From: Candidatus Iainarchaeum sp.
GTDB lineage: Archaea > Iainarchaeota > Iainarchaeia > Iainarchaeales > 0-14-0-20-30-16
Assembly: GCA_903916665.1 (NCBI GenBank)
Contig: CAIWXP010000101.1
Span: forward strand, 1-10,287
Reading direction: 5' to 3'
DNA length: 10,287 bases
A model generated the notes under the pieces. It saw only the letters and a list, made by a program, of their open reading frames with translations, made no database searches and had not been told where the DNA came from. Shown in pieces: positions 6,889 to 10,287 of this stretch. Made by a program: the position numbers and the translations under genes. The stretch's first letter is position 1. Each line of letters begins with the position of its first letter.

Positions 6889-7233
6889 ATGGCAAAGGAA
6901 TTAGCTAGACGATTGGATAGATTTGAGAATAGAAGATTAGAACTAATTCCTCAAATAACTTCTAAAGATAGAAAAAGAATAGATTTAGTATTTAGTGTAT
7001 CTAGAAAAATAACTCGATCAGTAATTCATAATAGTAAAGAGTTAAAAAAATTGCCTTTACAAGAAAGAGAAATTGTTATTGCAACACAAGTATTTAAAGA
7101 TTTTCCAGAATTAGTTAGTGTTTTGGAAAAAGTAAGTAGACAAGATCCAGAATTTTATAAACAATTAAGTGCAGCAATAGGTGCAAGAGTTAGATTAGAA
7201 GCAAAAAATGTTGATAAAATATATGAAAGCTAA
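6889..7233 (+). CDS. Small paralog B (114 aa), uncharacterised family
   Basis: ATG 6889 is preferred to the track GTG 6880, because GTGAT (6880-6884) is the 3' part of an SD followed by a T-rich spacer. Motifs: RLELIP at residues 16-21 and PELVSVLEKVSRQDPEFYKQLSAAIGARV from Pro73. Confidence 0.72.
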   Translation: MAKELARRLDRFENRRLELIPQITSKDRKRIDLVFSVSRKITRSVIHNSKELKKLPLQEREIVIATQVFKDFPELVSVLEKVSRQDPEFYKQLSAAIGARVRLEAKNVDKIYES

Positions 7234-7244
7234 GAGTTGTTATT

Positions 7245-7559
7245 ATGCCAGAAGAACCAAAGAAATCAGTAAAAGTAGTTGTTAGAAAAACTAGAATACC
7301 AATAGGGCAGGATCCAAAATCTACTAGAAAGATAGTTAGTATATTTTCAACATTAACTGATTTAATAAGGGAACAGAGAGCTAAATTAAGACCTATGAAA
7401 AAAGTAGATGTTAAATCATTTTTGATTGTTCAATTATTTAAGGTCAATCCAGAATTAAGAGAATTTTTAGCACAATTAGAAGAAGAAGATAAAGAATCCT
7501 ATGCAAATTTAGTTGCCGCAATAGATGTAAGAATTGATGAAGAGATAGGAAAAATATAG
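7245..7559 (+). CDS. Small paralog C (104 aa), uncharacterised family
   Basis: The basic N-terminal half (MPEEPKKSVKVVVRKTRIPIGQDPKSTRK) is followed by PELREFLAQLEEEDKESYANLVAAIDVRI from Pro69. Confidence 0.72.
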   Translation: MPEEPKKSVKVVVRKTRIPIGQDPKSTRKIVSIFSTLTDLIREQRAKLRPMKKVDVKSFLIVQLFKVNPELREFLAQLEEEDKESYANLVAAIDVRIDEEIGKI

Positions 7560-7568
7560 GTGAATTTT

Positions 7569-7889
7569 ATGGTAAAAGAACCAAAAGGAGTAAAACCAGA
7601 AAAAAGATTTTCTAGATTAGAAGTTATTCCGAGAACACAAACTAATCCTAAAACTCAAAGAATATTAAGAGATTTGCAACCTATTTTATATTCAACAATT
7701 GATGCCATTGCCAAAGGAAAACCAACAGAAGTAAGAATTAAAAGAGAACTATCAAAAATAATGATTGATCCTAAAATTAGACCATTTTTGGTAGAATTAG
7801 AAAAGTTAGATGAAAATGCATTTAGAATAGTTATGAATATTATTAGAGTAAGAGTGTTATCACAATTAGAAGGAAAAAATACATTATAA
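7569..7889 (+). CDS. Small paralog D (106 aa), uncharacterised family
   Basis: ATG 7569 is preferred to the track GTG 7560, because AGGTGA (7558-7563) is an SD with a 5-nt spacer. Motifs: RLEVIP at residues 16-21, the same position as in B, and PKIRPFLVELEKLDENAFRIVMNIIRVRV from Pro68. Confidence 0.72.
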   Translation: MVKEPKGVKPEKRFSRLEVIPRTQTNPKTQRILRDLQPILYSTIDAIAKGKPTEVRIKRELSKIMIDPKIRPFLVELEKLDENAFRIVMNIIRVRVLSQLEGKNTL

Positions 7890-7899
7890 GAGAATCGCT

Positions 7900-8232
7900 A
7901 TGCATAAATTACCTGAAAAACCTAAAAAAACCGAGCAAAAGTTAATACCAAAGGTAGTTTCAAAACCCAAAACAAAGGCATCCTATTTTATTGAAAAACA
8001 TAGAGACAGAATAACAGAAATAAGAGATCGAATTATTGGCACTGCTAAATCACATGATAGATTAAAATTAGCCAATGCAATTTCAAGAGCAGTTTTAGGC
8101 GATCCTGAAATTAAAGCAGAATTAAGTATTTTATTTAAAGAAGATAGAGCAGCATATAGAGATGCAATAGTAAACATAAAGTATATTTTATTTCCCAGAA
8201 TAGAGGCTATTTTAAAGGAAGAAAATAGATAA
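7900..8232 (+). CDS. Small paralog E (110 aa), uncharacterised family
   Basis: The Lys/Pro-rich N-terminus (MHKLPEKPKKTEQKLIPKVVSKPKTK) is followed by PEIKAELSILFKEDRAAYRDAIVNIKYIL from Pro69. Confidence 0.72.
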   Translation: MHKLPEKPKKTEQKLIPKVVSKPKTKASYFIEKHRDRITEIRDRIIGTAKSHDRLKLANAISRAVLGDPEIKAELSILFKEDRAAYRDAIVNIKYILFPRIEAILKEENR

Positions 8233-8250
8233 TTGTTTATAAATCTTTTC

Positions 8251-8278
8251 ATTCCTATATATTATATTAATTTTAAAA
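8251..8278 (+). promoter_or_regulatory. Putative promoter of the L1-P0-P1 operon
   Basis: ATTCCTATATATTATATTAATTTTAAAA contains overlapping TATA-like elements 50-75 nt upstream of the L1 start. This is the only sizeable intergenic gap (94 nt) between 5595 and 10221. Confidence 0.4.
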
Positions 8279-8326
8279 GGCTATTTTGCCGTTGTACTGC
8301 CCGTAATCGAGCAGGAGGTCATAAAC
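8279..8326 (+). promoter_or_regulatory. GC-rich structured 5' leader of the rpl1 operon (two short hairpins plus a strong SD); candidate L1 autoregulatory site
   Basis: Positions 8279-8320 contain 23 G/C in 42 nt, in an otherwise strongly AT-rich window. Hairpin 1 pairs GGC (8279-8281) with GCC (8288-8290). Hairpin 2 pairs CUGC (8297-8300) with GCAG (8311-8314), with an inner CG/CG pair and a UAAU loop. SD GGAGGT (8314-8319) shares its first G with hairpin 2 and lies 7 nt before the TTG start at 8327. Confidence 0.45.
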
Positions 8327-9052
8327 TTGGTAAAAGATAAAATAATCTTAAAACAAAAATCTAAAGAATCACTTAATACTGAAAATGTAACTAAGCTGAA
8401 TACTTCTTTAGATTATATAACCAAAGCAATTGCTTCTGTAAAAGGTTTAGATAAAAGAAACTTTGTTCAAACTGTTGAAGCTGGAGTTAACCTAATGGGT
8501 ATAAACTTTAAGCAAACCAACAATAGAATAGGTTTTGATGTAGTTTTGCCTGTTGCTTTTCAAAAAGCACCTAGAGTTGCATTTTTTGGTTTAACTCCAA
8601 ATTTTATAAATAGTGTTAAAGACGTATTTGATAAAGTTATAACTGGAGATCAAATACCTACATTTGATAAAAAAACAGGTAAGAAATTGGCTGCAGAATA
8701 TGATTTATTCTTTGCTGAACCTGCTGCTTTAACTTTGGTAGGTAAGTATTTAGGTCAGACATTAGCCCCAAGAGGTAAAATGCCAAAGCCTTGTCCTCCA
8801 GATATGGCAGCAATTAAAGTATTAATTGCAAATGCATCAAGAACAGTAACTGTTTCTAATAAAAAAGGAGACGGATTACCTGTAGTACATTTCCCAATTG
8901 GTAAAGAAACCATGACTGATAAAGAATTAGCAGATAATTTTTTAACAATCTATGGAAAATTATTACCTTTATTGCCTGCAAACACACAGAATATAAAATC
9001 AATGTACATTAAGACAACAATGGGTCCTACAAAGTACATTTTCAAGAGGTAG
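8327..9052 (+). CDS. rpl1: 50S ribosomal protein L1 (uL1), TTG start
   Basis: Conserved L1 blocks are present: KRNFVQTVE, GFDVVLP, DLFFAEPAALTLVGKYLGQTLAPRGKMPKP and MGPT. TTG is the only start-like codon upstream of the conserved core and has a strong SD. The N-terminus is about 20 aa longer than typical archaeal L1. Confidence 0.93.
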   Translation: MVKDKIILKQKSKESLNTENVTKLNTSLDYITKAIASVKGLDKRNFVQTVEAGVNLMGINFKQTNNRIGFDVVLPVAFQKAPRVAFFGLTPNFINSVKDVFDKVITGDQIPTFDKKTGKKLAAEYDLFFAEPAALTLVGKYLGQTLAPRGKMPKPCPPDMAAIKVLIANASRTVTVSNKKGDGLPVVHFPIGKETMTDKELADNFLTIYGKLLPLLPANTQNIKSMYIKTTMGPTKYIFKR

Positions 9053-9057
9053 ATAGT

Positions 9058-9918
9058 ATGGTTAATAAAGCAGAAACTAAGAACCATTTTAAGAAATGGA
9101 AAGAAGCTGAAAGATCTACTTTTGAGAGCGCTTTAGATAAATACAATTATGTTATTGTAGGTAACTTAAACGAATTACCCGCAAAAGCAGAAAGAACTTT
9201 TAGAGCATTACTAAAAAAAGCAGGCTGTTTTACAAAGGTAATGAATTCAAAAGTTGCAATTAAAGCTTTGCATGCAAAAGGAATTACTGAATTAGATTCT
9301 TATTTAAAAGGACCAACTTTATTTGCATTAAGCAATGAAAGTCCATTTAAATTATATAAAGAAATTAGAAAGAATGCATCACCATCATTTGCAAAAGAAG
9401 GCGCAATAGCTCCTGAAGATATTGCAGTAAATGAAGGAGATACAGGAATACCTCCTGGACCAGCATTAACTGATTTCAAAGTTGCACATATTGATACTCA
9501 AATTAGAAATGGTAAGATATATATTTCAAAGAAAACTGTTGTTGCACACAAAGGATCAAAAATAGATTCAAAAATTGCAACATTGTTAACTAAATTAAAT
9601 ATCAGACCCATGAAAATTTTATTAGATTTGAGAACTGTTTTAGATAGATCTGGAAAAGCTCTTTACTCAAGAGATTTATTAGATATTAATATGGAACAAT
9701 TAATTGATAAAATAAAGAATGCGTATAACAGATCACATTATTTAGCAATAGGTAATGGATATATTACAAAACAAACAATTAAACCTTTATTAATTAAGGG
9801 TTATAAAAGTTCTAAAGCAGTTGCTTTGGCAGGAAATGTTGTAAATAAAGACACTGCTAAACAAATAGTTGGTAAGGCTCAAAGAATTGCCAATGCTTTA
9901 GGCAAGAAGGTTATTTAA
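9058..9918 (+). CDS. rpl10: 50S ribosomal stalk protein P0 (uL10), short form lacking the acidic C-terminal tail
   Basis: Archaeal P0 blocks are present: YVIVGNLNELPA, GPTLFALSNESPFKLYK, IAPEDIAVNEGDTGIPPGP and LLTKLNIRP. SD GAGGT (9046-9050) lies inside the L1 3' end. The protein ends ...GKAQRIANALGKKVI. Confidence 0.93.
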   Translation: MVNKAETKNHFKKWKEAERSTFESALDKYNYVIVGNLNELPAKAERTFRALLKKAGCFTKVMNSKVAIKALHAKGITELDSYLKGPTLFALSNESPFKLYKEIRKNASPSFAKEGAIAPEDIAVNEGDTGIPPGPALTDFKVAHIDTQIRNGKIYISKKTVVAHKGSKIDSKIATLLTKLNIRPMKILLDLRTVLDRSGKALYSRDLLDINMEQLIDKIKNAYNRSHYLAIGNGYITKQTIKPLLIKGYKSSKAVALAGNVVNKDTAKQIVGKAQRIANALGKKVI

Positions 9919-9930
9919 GAGGTGGAATGA

Positions 9931-10221
9931 ATGGAATATATTTACGCTGCAATGTTATTGAACAGTGCAAAAAAACAAATTACTGAAGCAAGTATTACAA
10001 GTATAATTAAAGCTGCAGGATTAGAAGTAGATGGTGCAAAAATCAAGTCATTGGTTGAAGCATTAAAAGATGTAGACTTTGAAGCTGTAATAAAAGACGC
10101 ATCAACAGTTGCTGTTGCTGCTCCAGTTGCTGCTGCACCAGTTGCAGAACACAAAGCTGAAAAGAAAGAAGAAAAAACAGTTGAAGAAGCATCTGCTGGT
10201 TTAGGTTCTTTATTTGGTTAA
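9931..10221 (+). CDS. rpl12: 50S ribosomal stalk protein P1 (archaeal L12)
   Basis: It has the MEYIYAAMLL N-terminal dimerisation domain, an Ala/Pro hinge (VAVAAPVAAAPVA), an acidic stretch and the C-terminal GLGSLFG. SD GAGGTGG (9919-9925) lies 5 nt upstream of the ATG. Confidence 0.95.
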   Translation: MEYIYAAMLLNSAKKQITEASITSIIKAAGLEVDGAKIKSLVEALKDVDFEAVIKDASTVAVAAPVAAAPVAEHKAEKKEEKTVEEASAGLGSLFG

Positions 10222-10237
10222 ACGAATCAGTAATACA

Positions 10238-10277
10238 ATAGGGGAGTAATCCCTTATTATTTCTATTTTTTTATTTT
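10238..10277 (+). terminator. Hairpin plus oligo-T terminator of the stalk operon
   Basis: ATAGGGG (10238-10244) pairs with CCCTTAT (10251-10257): 7 bp including one G-U, with a 6-nt loop AGTAAT. The T-rich run TTCTATTTTTTTATTTT follows, including a T7 at 10266-10272, starting 17 nt after the P1 stop. Confidence 0.6.
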
Positions 10278-10287
10278 AAATTATAAT

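Larger units (their letters stand above)
6503..8232 (+). repeat. Tandem array of five paralogous small genes (A-E), spaced 324-386 nt start to start with 8-11 nt gaps
   Basis: Starts are at 6503, 6889, 7245, 7569 and 7900. B-E align without gaps over 29 residues from a conserved Pro, and A aligns with a 3-residue gap. The 9-mer CCAGAATTA (P-E-L) occurs at 7105-7113 in B and 7449-7457 in C. Confidence 0.75.

Noticed and set aside
6503-8232. Idea that the five small proteins are divergent or fragmented L11 (because of their position upstream of rpl1 and a vague h-I-P-x-G/P resemblance to the L11 N-terminal loop)
   Set aside because: None of the L11 hallmarks is present: no GPPLGPALG-type loop and no C-terminal rRNA-binding domain blocks. 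All five copies share a different motif set. The positional coincidence is kept only as context.
7983-8252. 89-aa minus-strand ORF opposite paralog E
   Set aside because: Paralog E carries the conserved family motif in the plus frame. The antisense product has no recognisable features.
9942-10154. 70-aa minus-strand ORF opposite the P1 gene
   Set aside because: It is an Ala-rich mirror image of the P1 hinge, and P1 itself is unambiguous.
1-10287. Searched by eye for tRNA, rRNA, C/D-box sRNA, CRISPR repeats, transposase or integrase genes, terminal inverted repeats, inteins in MCM, and defence-system genes
   Set aside because: The only GC-rich non-coding patch is the 42-nt rpl1 leader, which is too short for a tRNA. 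There are no regularly spaced direct repeats. RUGAUGA-like strings occur only inside CDSs. The MCM motifs are contiguous with no intein-sized insertion. No ORF shows recombinase or nuclease motifs that I can recognise.

Overview
AT-rich, tightly packed archaeal chromosomal segment. Archaeal hallmarks are an MCM helicase, a presenilin/SPP-type intramembrane protease, and an rpl1-rplP0-rplP1 stalk operon whose P1 ends in GLGSLFG. Compact spacing, overlapping convergent genes and a gene remnant suggest a small, reduced (DPANN-like) genome; this is inference only. Left to right: a 5'-partial MCM with an acidic N-terminal extension running off the window; a Cys/Met-family PLP enzyme bracketed by two minus-strand paralogous genes of unknown function; a 212-aa orphan; a 46-codon SDR/GNAT chimeric remnant; a presenilin-like protease followed with no promoter-sized gap by five tandem paralogous small genes; then the L1-P0-P1 operon with a GC-rich structured leader and a hairpin plus oligo-T terminator. 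The stand-out is an uncharacterised protein family apparently present seven times in 10 kb: five tandem 104-125 aa copies at 6503-8232 and two 160-167 aa long forms at 2277-2780 and 4167-4649. It has a basic Pro-rich N-terminal arm and a conserved helical C-terminal motif that I cannot match to any named family. I saw no tRNA, rRNA, CRISPR array or mobile element.
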